This document shows, in pieces, positions 39,880 through 53,600 of a stretch of 64,000 bases of DNA. The stretch's first letter is position 1. Every line of letters begins with the position of its first letter. The position numbers and the translations under genes are program-made. The notes below the pieces were generated by a model. The model saw nothing but the letters and a program-made list of their open reading frames with translations. It was not told the origin of the DNA and ran no database searches. The stretch is from the NCBI RefSeq assembly GCF_006345805.1, contig NC_042997.1, positions 36,394,001 to 36,458,000 of the forward strand. Direction: 5' to 3'. The DNA is from Octopus sinensis (lineage: Eukaryota).

Positions 39880-40660
39880 CACTCGGACATCAAAACTAAG
39901 AATGACAAAACAGGATGAACACATAGATGATATTTGACGCTCGGTAAATGTGCCAAAATGAATGGTCTTTTAACTCTTCGAGCATAGCCCTGCGTCAGAA
40001 AGAAAAACGGAAAAGTCCAGAAAAGGAGACACTTCACGAACATCACATGTGAGGTTACACACTCACAAGTACAAACACATTCATATGTACGCAAACACAC
40101 ACACATACATATAATAAAACACAAAAAAAGAAGATACACAAAAAACAACAACGCGAGTACGTGGTACATGTAAAGTATTAGCAGACGCTTAGGGAAGGAA
40201 AGAAAAATGCTTTAACGTTTCAAGCAAATGCTCTTCGTCGGCAACGGAAGAAATTCGAATAGAAAGGGAAACGGAAGAAGTAAATCGCCAACGATTCACA
40301 TGTGGTTTCATTTGAAAATGTAAAGAGCATGTAAAATTGGTTGTAAAACGCTTTTGGACAGAGAATGTCGAATGATTCCTTTGCTACTCCAGCCCACGTT
40401 TCTTGTAGCCATGATGATATTTCTATCTATTGCATAAATTTATTGTTACCATCGAGAAATATATGTTATATGTTTGAAGTCGAGATTCTTTCTAAATTCA
40501 CAAGTATGAGTGCTCCTCAGAGAAGCCTGGTAATATCGCGGTCTCCCACGTTCACAAATAAGATTTATCCAATGATTACGTGGTATCAATTTATACATCT
40601 TTGTTACACAGTATCACTTGCAAATGTTACCACACTGCCGAATCCAATCGTGGACGTCAT
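39880..40660 (-). mobile_element. Penelope-type remnant: two tandem termini with hammerhead-like motifs (39966-40003, 40209-40245) and a weak upstream coding remnant
   Basis: Minus: CCGACGA-A-GAGC-ATTT-GCTT-GAAAC-GTT and CTGACGC-A-GGGC-TAT-GCTC-GAAGA-GTT. The GIY-YIG resemblance at 40290-40660 is weak. Confidence 0.45.
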
Positions 40661-40727
40661 GATAGCGAAAGGAACTTCTTATATAGTCAGCTACATAGTA
40701 GTAGTTGTAATAGTAGTAGTAGTAGTT

Positions 40728-40794
<67 letters not shown>

Positions 40795-42317
40795 ATGCAG
40801 TAGCAGCAGTAGAAGTAGTTGCCCGTGCTAAAATTATTCCTAGAACCAGAAGTTCAGAAGACTTATAGAGTTATATATAATACAGCGTAGACATATGTGG
40901 GGAATTTTCATCATTGGAAACTCTGTGCACATAGAACTAATTTCTATGGGAATATAAGAACGCACATGCGCTAGCGCACACTCACAATCTTCAACACACA
41001 TATATATACAGGTACAAATACACATACAAACAAACGTGCTTGCATGCATACACAAAACAAAAAAAAACATGTATGTGTATGTATGTATGTATGTATGTAT
41101 GGGTATAAACTCATACGAGTGTATACATATATATTCTCAGGCGTCTTGGATTCAGTCGAATTACCCAAATATAGCCAGCACACTAAATTTCTTTAGACAC
41201 AAAAGAATATTTTCGTCTCAGGTAATTTCAGCCGAACTATTGAGAATAACTTTTTTTTACTACAATGTAAGTAATATAGTATAATTTTAACTTCGTGAAT
41301 TAAACTGTTGACTTTGATAAATATTCTCTTCTGAGTGACGTTATCCAATGCAATTCTAACATGTAATAGCACATTTAAATCTTCTCAATGTTAAATACAA
41401 GCTTCCTTGCATGACTGAAGCAACTAGCGACGTACTAACAAGTGCGAGTAATTAAGAACAACTATTAAGCTACAACTCTCAGACGAATTTAAATAATTAT
41501 TACTTTTTTGAGAAAAATAAAGTTGATACAATTTCACGTCTTATGATATTGCCTAAAATTAACAAACTTTTATGATGGTTAACTTGAAATTAAATGAAAA
41601 AGTAGTCTGACTGGGGATCACGAAAGATTAAAATGTCTCAATTTAAAGTTTCAGAATATATGCACCTGTGTCCTCGTTTGCTGTTGCTTATAGTAAACAA
41701 TTAAGTGGTTGCAGTATATCAGAGACATACAAAAGGCAACATTGCAAAATATGGTTTGTTGTACATATCTAACGTACGCAATCTTGGAAGAAGAAAACTC
41801 TTTGACAGTTGATGAATTAAATACAAATATACCCCAAAGCTGTTAGCTTAAAAAGTAAAAAAAAAACATCATTTACGCTGAGAAATATTCAGGCGCTCTT
41901 AATTTAGAGAGCCCCTCCACTCCCCACCGTTTAATTCTCTACCACAGGCTTTTCTTCGTAAAAGTGGAAGTATTTAGAAATAATTTTTATTGATGCAAGT
42001 GCGAACAATGTTATAACGCTGTAAAGTGGTGTGAAAAAAAGATATGAATGCGACATTGCTTCGTATCAAAGATTTAGATACATGCCTTAAGTAGTATATG
42101 TAGCGTTAAACATTTCTCAATGGGGCATTTGAGTAAATATTTACTGACATTAGATACTTGGATTATATGCTGTAAATACTGATAAATTTAGTGTCTTCCG
42201 GTGTAAAAATGTTTCTGTTGTTTTAAATAAAGTAAAACAGTAATAAAACAATGTGAGTTATTTCGGAAAGGGCGAGTTTAATTATTATTGTAATATAAGT
42301 GACAATGGCATCTAATA

Positions 42318-43608
42318 CGAGGGACGTTCAATAAGTAATGCCTCTGACCCACTTGCAATTGGTTGATCTAGCTGAAATTTTGCATGTGCAATTATTTATA
42401 TCTCTATAGATTAAGTGGCGAATTACAGCTCTTATCTAATAGTGGTTTCTGATTTACAAGTGTTTGAACTGAGTCAAGTATGAAATGGAACCTGTTGAGT
42501 GTCGAGCAGTGATCCGTTTTTGTATTTGAAAGGACGCACACCACAGGAGACTTTTGATGAAATGAAAGTAACTTATGGTGATGATGCCCCATCATATGAC
42601 CTTGTAAAACACTGGCATCGTGAATTCAAACATGGTCGGAACTCTGTGGAAACAGCTCCCAGATCTAGTAACCCCCTTCTGCATTGATGAGACATCTGTC
42701 CGTCAAGTTGAGGCTGCCATTTTGGAAGATCGATGCATAACTATTCGCCAAATAGCCCATGAGGTCAAGATTAGTACCGGGTCTGTGGAAAATATCATTC
42801 ATGACCATTTGCATATGCAAAAGGTGTCTGCCAGATGGATTCCCAGGTTGCTCACACCTTTCCAGAAGCAAGAACGCGTCGAGTGCTCGAGGATGAATTT
42901 GGAGAAGTGCCAAGAAGATGAGTCAAAATGTTTCAAAAGAATGATTGCACAGGATGAAACCTGGGTCCATCACTATGATTCAGAGACCAAAGCCCAGTGA
43001 ATGCAGTGGAAGTACCGTGACTCACCTCCTCCAAAGAAGGCAAGGGTGCAGCCCTCCGCTGGCAAGGTCATGCTCACAGTCTTCTGGGACCAGGACGGAG
43101 TAGTGATGACAGATTTCCTGGCAAAGGGTACCACAATTACAGGAGCCTATTATGCTTCACTTTTGAGGAAATTAAGAGAAGCTATCAAAATCAAGAGGCG
43201 GGGCAAGATCAGCAAAGGCATCCTCCTCCTGCAGGACAACGCTCCGGTTCACAACTCGCGTGTCGCCAGATCAGAAGCACAGGCGTGCGGCTATGAACTC
43301 CTCCCCCATCCCCCCTACGCTCTTGACCTTGCACCCTCTGATTTTCACCTCTTCCCAGCCATGAAGTTTTTTTTTTAAAGGAAAGCATTTCACAGATGAT
43401 GCAGCCTTGATTTCTAAAGTCACGTCGTGGTTGAAGGACCAAGCTGGGGTCTTCTACAAAAACGGTCTCCAGCGCTGAATCAAACGATGGCAGAAATGCG
43501 TAACTCTGGGTGGTTCCTATGTAGAAAAAGACTAATAACTGTGCCAAGTTTCGTTGCTCTACTGCTATGGGAAGTGGGTCAGGGGCATTACTTATTGAAC
43601 GCCCCTCG
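42318..43608 (+). mobile_element. Full-length mariner (DD34D) DNA transposon, 1291 bp
   Basis: 37-bp TIRs CGAGGG(A/G)CGTTCAATAAGTAATGCC(T/C)CTGACCCACTT with 2 mismatches; TA on both sides (42316-42317, 43609-43610). Confidence 0.97.
42485..43535 (+). pseudogene. Mariner transposase pseudogene
   Basis: MEPVECRAVIR..WIPRLL..AQDETWVHHY..LQDNAPVH-(34 aa)-YALDLAPSDFHLF..KRWQKCVTLGGSYVEKD*. Three frameshifts (about 42520, 42670, 43375) and stops at 42998 and 43476. Confidence 0.95.
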
Positions 43609-44679
43609 TATCTTGATTGTTCAAAATCGTTATTTCTTACATATGTGATACATCTCAAATATACTTAGATGATTTTGTTTCAAATTAAACATTTCATATT
43701 ACATAACGCTAGAAATACTCCGTTAAATAAGCATGAAATTGTGCCCGAAGTGGATCGTTACTTCCTTTATTTCTTTCTTCCCAGCATTCTATAGTTTGAA
43801 AATGGTTTGCAGTTACATGATAATTTATGCAGAAAGGAATTGGCTGCCAAAATGATGAATACAACTTGACGGTGTTGTAAGACGCCTATATATCGCTTAT
43901 AAATTGTATTCGCGATAAACATATTTCATTGCAACTAATATGCTTGCGTTTGTTTATAATTTACTGCCACCAGAGAACTCATAGATTCTCTCAAACCCAT
44001 TGTGTTTTCACATAAATATTTTATATTTTTCTTACGTTTCACTATCAACAGGCGCACTATTATCTATTTCAGTTGTGACATTGATACCAGCGATTTGAAA
44101 TGAATTTTCAATAGAATATTATTTGTATATATTACAATATTAATTCCAGTTTCCTTTAGCTCACATTGTCATATACCCCATAACACGAGATTTGCATTTA
44201 TGATGGTTTTCTTTGAAAATGAACACTTCTTGTGAAAAGCAATTTTCGTATACATCCATAGTCATCTATCTGCACAATGTAAGACTTCCCCGTAAGTGGA
44301 ATGCAATACAACAAAACAGTAAAAAAGAAAAAAAAAATATAATTTTCAAGGAAAATAATTGTATCTTGTATATTTGCTATTAATCGTTTTTTGTATTAGC
44401 ATTCGATACACTTAGGCAGTTAATAAACATGCTTAACTCACGTTAATTGCGATTGTAATTGAAATATTTGGTGGATAGAAATTCAATAATAACAATGTCA
44501 CACTGTTTGATTTATTGTAACTCGGCAGCAGTGTATTGTTCACAATATTACTTTCGTTCTGTAACAAATTTATTTTGCAGGAAAACGCTTTCACATAGTG
44601 GCTTGGCATACAGCTATTTTGACAAGATTAATATTTCAATTTCATGGGCCTCTGCAAACAAAGAAACCCCTTCACGCTT

Positions 44680-46000
44680 TCGTTTCAAAGATTGACGCAC
44701 ATAAACAGATTCTTTGGTTATACATAAACGCATCAGAAAAATAAATATACTGTTGTCCATGTTGGCTTTTTTCAACCACAATCCAGTTCTTCGTTGAGTG
44801 ATGGCAGTTATGATAATTAAAAATATTTTTTGAGTGATTGCGATCAGTAATCTAAATGTATGACTCATTCAAATGACTTCAAATGTTTAAAAATATTCAA
44901 CGTACGCATGTTTGTATGTGCGTTTTTGTGTGTGTGTGTATGTATATGTGTGAGTGTGCGTGCATTTATGCATGTGTGTGCATGTGTGTAGTATGATAAC
45001 TGCAATTAGGGTGTCTGCCAATCTTGAAAAGTCATGAGATACATTAGTGAAAGCAACGTTGTGTTATATCGTCACAGGCCTAGAACTGCCATTCAGTGTA
45101 AATAATGGTGGAAAAACAGCCTTAATAAAGGTAATTATCGGGAGTTATTTTATTACTGTGCTGATATAGATACCACCTTTGAATTTAAAATTCCTTTGAA
45201 ATGTAAATCAAAGTATATTCAGAGGTCACAAGTATCTCACAATGCAACATTAACTCTGTTTTTATATAGTGTAACAACTGATAAAATCCAAGCGTAAGCT
45301 AAAAATAATCATCTTATGCTTGTGCAAAGAAACTAACTATGCAATGCTCGTACTCCTTTACTATCGGCAAGTATGGAACGGGGTGCAAAACAAATCAACA
45401 AGTTGAATGATTCATCATTTAAATAACGATGTATATGATTCAAGACTGGTTGATGTGATAGAATATTTCTTAAAATACTGTATCGATGTCAAAAATATAG
45501 TGGTTAACCAACCTTGTAATGAAAAAGCTGTAATAAAAGTGAATGAAACGGAGTATAAACACCTTGGGAAAATGATTTAAATGCGGTGTAATCATTCATT
45601 TATAAGAATATAATCTGTAACAGATTCTAAGTGGGTAATATTTTCCTGACATTTTCGCATCCTTTGCTGACGCACATCTGCGAATACTGAGGCGGAGACG
45701 TAGTGAGTTTCATATCAAAATTTTATATCTGTGTGACAAAAGCTGGTGTTAGAAATCCATGGCAGTGTTAGCCGGAAAGAGCTACTGTAGATCTTGACAA
45801 GTGAAGTCAATTTGAATATGTTTGAGAATATAATAAAAGATGGAACGAAGATATACTCAATGAATGCGATAACATTTTAACAAAAGTGAATGGCTTAAAT
45901 TTCACAATTTTCATAAACTGCTTTCATACCTTAATAACAAGGGAATAGAGTTACCATAGAGAATTTGTGAGGGCATTCCTGAACCCAGCACGAGGTAGAA
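44680..46000 (+). pseudogene. Decayed hAT transposase (TTF-finger / DUF4371, ZMYM1-like type), N-terminal to central part
   Basis: WLYINASEK*IYCCPCWLFS, GSYDN*KYFLSDCDQ*SKCMTHS, GLELPFS plus NKGNYRELF, LCDKSW and WNEDILNEC, in the expected order; interrupted by a TG microsatellite. Confidence 0.6.
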
Positions 46001-46389
46001 CTAATTGTATAAAGTAAAAGAACAAAATATGCTTTCAAAAATGTTCACCACCGTTATCAACACAATAATAAAGCAGCTGCTTACAAACCAACAATATAAT
46101 TGTGTTTACGCGGAAATGAATTTATAGAAAACACCTGACATGATAGCAGAAAACCAACTATAGATTTGAAACCAGTATGCTAAGTTTTGTTTAATTGGGG
46201 TGAAGACAGAAAATCACAAAAAACTTATGTTCATAATTGTTCCTTTGTCTTATTTGGAGACAATTTGAATCCAAAGCAAATAGTAACCAGAGAAACTCTA
46301 AATAAATTTATATCTAATCCGTATAAATAGAAATTGGCAAGCCATCTCGATAGACTTTATTTTTCTCCTGTTTCTTAAAAGGTTTTCCC

Positions 46390-47738
46390 AGTGACGTGAT
46401 CGATGCGTTTTAAAGGGTGATGTTGAATGAAGTAAAAACTTTAACTTAAGCGTTATGTTACTAAAGATTGTGTGCTAAAGAACGATTTATCGCTTTGAAC
46501 AAGGTTAGTGCAGAGTGTTTCCGTAAATGCTTTATCTAACCATGTTTTTAAATGAATGGAAATGTGGAACTGTGTCAATAAATTAATTGAGAAAACTGAT
46601 GAAAGTGTCATTAATACGGCAGCAATTTTATATGGTTTCCAGTGAAAGATTATGGATAGATATGATTCTACGATCTTTATTCCTTTCTCTGCTCATCTGA
46701 TGAATTGAGTTCTTCCACAGGTATACCATTAGAAAAACAGGGATGCTATTGAAAAAACATGATTTTTTTCCTACAATAATTGCATATAAATTTTATTTTT
46801 TCTCTAAATGATGTTGTTTTTCAAAATCAGCAGCAACTGAATGGAGTTACTCGCTAGGTCCCGTTTATATTAAAAGATAGAATTGTGATTTTTACCCTGC
46901 TTTTCTGATCACAGCACTGGCAATCCTGACGGATGGGATGAGGCCTCCATAAATTTTAGAATTGGTCTATTCTAAAATTTGAAACATACTGATTTTTTTG
47001 ATTTTAGTGATATAAATTTCTTCATTGATGTCATATTTAACAGGCTTCAAACTGAATATCTTGGCATTTTCTATTGTACAGAGCAAAGAGATAAAAAAAA
47101 AATATCATGCAACAAAAGTAGCCGGAAATTTTTTTAATGATTTATGAAATGTTAGGGGGAAATATGGTATAAATGCATTAATTCACATGACACGATTCAG
47201 GGATAAATCTACTGCCCCACCCCAACATTAAAGAATGTTCTTCAAAAGATATTGGCAAAATAGTTGACCAATCAAAAGAATGGTATTCATCATTAGAAAA
47301 GCAACGCTATGGAATATTGCTAAAAAGTACTTGTGGATGATTTAAGATCTTTAAAACCCACTTGTGGATTTCTTTTCATGTAGCTGATTTACAGGATGAA
47401 CTAAATATTTACACATTTAATGAACATTTTAAAAAGCAAAGTGAAAGGAAATTAACGCAATACATTTTTGTCTGATATTATTGATGCCTTCAAAAAATTA
47501 TATATATCTCAAATTTGATTTTCTCAATTCTTTGCTTAAGAACTTTATAGTGAGGTCGTTTGATGCTTTGAACAGAATTAAAACTCATCAAAGAAATACG
47601 ACTGGAGAAAAAAATGCTAGCTTTCATGTCAATTGGAGAAGATTTACCCCAACAACTAATTAAAAGAGAATATTTCTATGAAAACGCAGCAAATAGAGCG
47701 GCCCTAAAAGATCGAAGAATGGAATTAATTTATAAATG
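46390..47738 (+). pseudogene. Second decayed hAT transposase (catalytic core to dimerization domain)
   Basis: RYVTKD, KERFIALNKVS, KLIEKTDES..GFQ, FIPFSAHLMN*VL (CxxH position), GVTR*, NPDGWDEAS, VRSFDALNRIKTHQRNTTG, LAFMSIGEDL..DRRMELIYK*. Confidence 0.7.
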
Positions 47739-47916
47739 AGGTAATTAAATAATTATTTTTGTACGGCTGTTTTGCATTATGTCCATTACACATCGATCCT
47801 CATGGCGATGTTACGAAAGTAAACAGTTTCACTTAATTAAAAAAAAAAAAAGATTCGATCCAACCGATACATAGCTATTACATCATCAACCACAAAGCAA
47901 TCGTATGAACAATACA

Positions 47917-47919
<3 letters not shown>

Positions 47920-47987
<68 letters not shown>

Positions 47988-48106
47988 TAGATAGATAGAT
48001 AGAAGATAGATAGATAGATAGATAGATATGTATACATATATGTATGTATATATGCATATACATTCATATATATATATATACATATGCATGTGTATATATG
48101 TATGCG

Positions 48107-48139
<33 letters not shown>

Positions 48140-48178
48140 TTACATATATGTGTATGTATATACATATATGTGTAAATG

Positions 48179-48262
<84 letters not shown>

Positions 48263-48331
48263 TATAAGTATATATATATATATATATATATACATATATA
48301 AGTATGTATATATATATATATATAAGTATAA

Positions 48332-48381
<50 letters not shown>

Positions 48382-48410
48382 GTATATGTATGCATATGTG
48401 TGTGTATATA
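47920..48410. repeat. Compound (CT)n-(AT)n-(GATA)n-(TA)n microsatellite
   Basis: Direct reading. Confidence 0.95.
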
Positions 48411-49147
48411 CATGAATATATGGGTACAGGACATCAAAACAACGTTGAACACAATGAGAAAATATAACAGAGAACCAAAATCATAGAAAACGAACTTATT
48501 TTTGAACAACGAAAAAAGAAACTGAGAACAAAACAGGCAACATAAAGAATATTCCCTCTCATCAATTTACCCTGTTTCATCTACTCCGCGTTTGGAGGCA
48601 AGGACACTACGCGACTTCCTTGAAACAGTCCTTCCCGCAAAGCCAATTAAATAAAATTTGCGATTTTTTGCGGAAGGTTAAAGTGGTAGCAAGAACAGGA
48701 CAGTGAGAACAAGACACTAAAATTACACGGTGAGAGCTGTTAAACCAAGACAATAGAAAAATTATTATGAACGCTAGGAGAACGAGCTTATGAGAGGAGA
48801 CAGGTATAAGCACGTCTTGTCTTTAGGAAGGAAACGGGCAAAGAGATAGATTTCGTTTCGTCACATGTCAGCCATGAGAGAGTCAAGGAGGTAGAGTGAG
48901 AGAGAGGGAACAGTGAAAAAGAAAGGAGAAGAATAGGGAAGGGTGGGAGAGAAAACCGGAAAGGATGAAGAACAAGAGAGGGAGAGAGATAGACAGAGAA
49001 GAAACAGTAGAGATAGAAGAGTGCACACCGTAATTATTAAGATAAAACTTACTTGGAAAAGGATGCGTGGAGATCTATCCTATAATAATATAAGTAATAT
49101 ATAATATATACATACATGCATACACATATGCACATACCTACACACAC

Positions 49148-49204
<57 letters not shown>

Positions 49205-49257
49205 TATATATACATACATGCATATATGGGTACAGGACAAAAACAACATTTTTGAAC

Positions 49258-50890
49258 AATAGTCATTGGGTATGACTCCTTCATGTATCACCAAGTTGAC
49301 TATACAGGTGACTAGGCTATAGCCGACACCACCAGATATTTTGAGCATCTCTGCAGTGATTCATGATGGGCCGGGGGCATTCTCTGTCTTCGTGCCCTTA
49401 ATTGCTTTATCTACTAAGGCACTCTCAATTCGAGTAACTGGTCCTTCTGTCGGGTCGGCATTTGTCAGGCTCTTTTTTTTCCAATTTATTTTCTTTATTT
49501 AGCAACCTTTCATAATGGCCTTCTCCATACATCTCTCCTTGCAGTTTCGTTTAATGCAAGTGAACCATCCCCCATGCGAACACATTTCTCTCCTATGACA
49601 TCACGTTTCTCTCACACACTGTCTCGCAGCACGAAATAACTCAAGTCTTTGGTCCTCACGGCATAGAACATTGGCAATTTTTTTTCTGATCTGATTCCCC
49701 CATGGCTACATAAACATGTCTCCTAGCTTCCCTTTTGGCAGTCAGATTCGATTCCCTACTACCACTGTTCTTCCAGCCCTTCCAAGCCTGTTTCTTTTCC
49801 CTAATGGCCCTGCAACAATATTGTTCCACCACCACGTCACCTTGGGTCGAGAGGGGACTTTGCACCGTCCACAGATCTAGTCATTGGCCCTCAGCAGTTG
49901 TTTCCCCCGTAGAAACCTCAAGTTGTCTCCCGCATCATGTGATGCTATATCCCCTTATATTTCGTCAAATGATTCGAGTAATACGTCTCAAAATCTCTGT
50001 CCATTTGCAGGTTCTTTAAGTCTCCAGACCTATATCCTCTACACTTGTGTTCTGGGAATTCATTTAGCACTTATCCTGAAGTCACTAACGACTAGTATAT
50101 GTTGTGGTGTACATTCTTCACCTGGGAAGGTTTTGGCATTTATAAGTAGCCATCTTTCCCATTTCCTGGTGAAGATGTAGTCAATCTGACTAGTGTGTCT
50201 ACCATCTCGGTAGGTGACTTGGTGACTGGCAGGTTTCATGAAGTTAGTATTGCAAACCATATGCATCGCAGACGTCCAGCAGCCTGGTTGCCTACTCATT
50301 GCAGAAATCAAATTCATAGCCTCCATATATGACTTGGAAGGCTCCTGCATATTGTCCAACATGTACTCATAAATCACCAGCCACAAAGAGTAGGTCCCTG
50401 TCATTTCTCTACGAGGTAGTCAGCAAGAGGGTGTCATAAAATCGATCTTTCTTTCCATTAGGTAACCCCGGCTGAGGGGCATAGGCCGAGATAATGGTTG
50501 CTAACCCATGGTGAAGCATGAATCTAATCTTATGTATTCTATCGAAGACTCTGACAACTTCGATTACCTTATCGACCCATTTCTCTGCAAGATGTATAGT
50601 CACGCCCATGGCCCCTGCAGTGTTCCGTACCCAGAAGAACTTGTATCTATGTTCTTTGCCTGTGAGGACCCTAGCATAGCCTCCTCTCCACCTTACTTCT
50701 TGGATGCAGCACACATCTACATATCTCGGTTCAAGCATCTCAACAATCTCACCAGACCTGCCTTTCAGTGTGCCGACCCTGAGGGTGTGGGAGGTGTGGG
50801 ACTGTGTGACCCTGGGATGGGGCACAACAGCATCATGTACCTGAAAAGAAAGCTCGCATTTGGCAGAATTTATAAATGAACAGCAGCCTT
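49258..50890 (-). mobile_element. RTE-clade LINE remnant (APE endonuclease to start of RT)
   Basis: VGTLKGRSGEIVEML..CCIQEVRWRG..SAYAPQPG; TYRDGRHTSQIDYIF..QHILVVSDF; IREKKQAWKGWK; [29 protein letters not shown]. Frameshifted and truncated. Confidence 0.9.
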
Positions 50891-51098
50891 CAACCTGCAT
50901 ACACCACACCATCATTAGCATAATCTCAAGTATAATCAGCCGAAATTGCGACGATAATCTGGTACATGACTGAGGAAAGAAAACTTCGAATAATCCGTCC
51001 TTGGTTTTAATATTATTATATCGTCTCTCTGGACGTTTTGTTGTCCCATTTTTGTATCACCTAACTGTCCGGATGTTTTGCGTTCTTGTCCCATTTTG

Positions 51099-51132
<34 letters not shown>

Positions 51133-51148
51133 CATATATACATTCAAA

Positions 51149-51346
51149 ATGTGACCGCGTGTGTACCGTTGGCGATGTTTTCCCTCCGTCTTGCCTTCCC
51201 TGGATCTTTTCTTTTTCCTATGTTTCCGACGAAGAGCTCCGCTCGAAACGTAAAATCCTCCTTCTTCCCTTCCTTCTTGAGCGTCGAATATATGTGTTCC
51301 ACGTCCTCGCGTTGTTGTGTTTTCTCTTTGTATTTCATGTTTTGAT

Positions 51347-51350
<4 letters not shown>
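51149..51350 (+). mobile_element. Penelope-type terminal fragment with a minimal hammerhead motif (51222-51256)
   Basis: GTTT-CCGACGA-A-GAGC-TCC-GCTC-GAAAC-GTA-AAAT; flanked by (TA)n. Confidence 0.6.
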
Positions 51351-51405
<55 letters not shown>

Positions 51406-51416
51406 CATACATATAT

Positions 51417-51461
<45 letters not shown>

Positions 51462-52473
51462 ATGTATGTATATATGTGTGTGTATAATACATATATTTAA
51501 ATGAAAATTATATAATATGTCTGCATTCATACACAGGCATTCCTAACTCACACCACACAGCTATATACCGTTAGAACAACAAAAAGAGAGAGAGAAACAG
51601 AGAGAGAGAGAGAGAGAGATAGAGAGAGAGAGGATCAGACAAAGAGTCAGAAACGAACATTTCGTTATTAGTGTTTAGGTCTAATTTCAATGCACACAAA
51701 TACAGTGGCTTATAGAGACGATATTTTGTTAGTATATCGAGTGACTGACGGATAGTCGCAGCTCTTACAGTGATAATGAGTTAAGGAAGTTGGCATGCGT
51801 TGAAAGCTGGATATATATGTGAGAATTAGTTGCATTTTAGTCATAATCTTTTCGCATATGTTACCATTGAAAGAGCTGTTCTATGATTAATTAATTTTTT
51901 CTAATTATCACCATTTGATTCGGGTCATGCTGATTGTCGTACATGCTTATATTTTCTACTGTTTCATTCTTTCTTTAGATATACGTAAAACAATAGATTT
52001 CAGGTTATGGATGTGTAATGAGAGGGTTGCATCTCATGGACATGGTCCCGTTTTAGTCCCATAGTGTGGCGGTTAATATTACCATTTAAATTCATGATTC
52101 TTTTAGCCCAGCCATTCGCCGATGGAGAGTTCACTACCGATGATCCTGGAATTTTAAAATCGAAACTACTATAGGCTAATTTAATCTAGTGGTCAAATAT
52201 CGCTAATGGTGTGGTTATCTTCCCTGTCAGTATATGCAAATGTGCTTTCTTAAAGCTCTAAATGTTGAACTCTTATTTCTAGCAACATAGGAAGTATCTA
52301 ACACACTCAGTCACAATTAGCGACAATTGAATTTTTACCTTTTGATTTTATATTGCGTATAGCTGGCTTCGTTATTTTATAGTTGTCGCATAATTCAGAA
52401 GTTAAATCCATTTACTGAGAGTCTAGATTAAGCCCAAAAAATCTGCGATGGAGTAGCCACCACTGACAAGAGC

Positions 52474-52474
<1 letters not shown>

Positions 52475-52528
<54 letters not shown>

Positions 52529-52639
52529 GATATATATATAGATATATTATATATATATATATGATATATATATATTATGTATATATATATATATAATGAT
52601 ATATGTATATATATATATATATATTATATGTATATAATA

Positions 52640-52683
<44 letters not shown>

Positions 52684-52883
52684 ATATAATATCTATATAT
52701 ATATGTTATATAGTATATATATATATATATATATAATAGATATATATATATGATATATATAATATAGGTATATATATATAATATATATATATTATGTATA
52801 TATATTGTATATATATATTATATATATAATATATAGGTATATATATATATATGTATATATATATCTATATATATATATGTATA

Positions 52884-52914
<31 letters not shown>

Positions 52915-52921
52915 TATAATG

Positions 52922-52956
<35 letters not shown>

Positions 52957-53080
52957 TATATATATATATATGTATATCTATATATATATGTATATATATA
53001 TAGATATTATATATATATATATAATATATATAATATATATAATATATAATATATGTGTGTATATATATATATTATTATAT
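52475..53080. repeat. Degenerate (TA)n tract
   Basis: Direct reading. Confidence 0.97.
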
Positions 53081-53095
53081 ATCTTTCTCTTTCTC

Positions 53096-53485
53096 TTTTA
53101 CTTGTTTCAATCATTTAACTGCGGCCATGCTGGAGCACCGCTTTAATCGAGCAACTCGACCCCGGGACTTATTCTTGTAAGCCCAGTACTTATTCTATCG
53201 GTCTCTTTTTTGCCGAACCGCTAAGTGACGGGGACGTAAACACACCAGCATCGGTTGTCAAGCGATGCTAGGGGGACAAACACAGACACACACATATATA
53301 TATACATATATACGACAGGCTTCTTTCAGTTTCCGTCTACCAAATCCACTCACAAGGCATTGGTCGGCCCGGGGCTATAGCAGAAGACACTTGCCCAAGA
53401 TGCCACACAGTGGGACTGAACCCGGAACCATGTGGTTGGTTAGCAAGCTACTTACCACACAGCGACTCCTGCGCCCATATATATA
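53096..53485 (-). mobile_element. Family B SINE, full-length and well conserved
   Basis: From tail reverse complement TTTTACTTGTTTCAATCATTTAACTGCGGCCATGCTGGAGCACCG to head reverse complement GTGGGACTGAACCCGGAACCATGTGGTTGG..CTTACCACACAGC. Confidence 0.9.
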
Positions 53486-53600
53486 TATATTATATATAAT
53501 ATATATATATATATATGAGTGTATATATGTGTTTGCTTCCGTTGCTTGTTTGTTTTCGTCTATAACTTCGCGGATCAGCAAAAAGACCGGTAGAATAATT

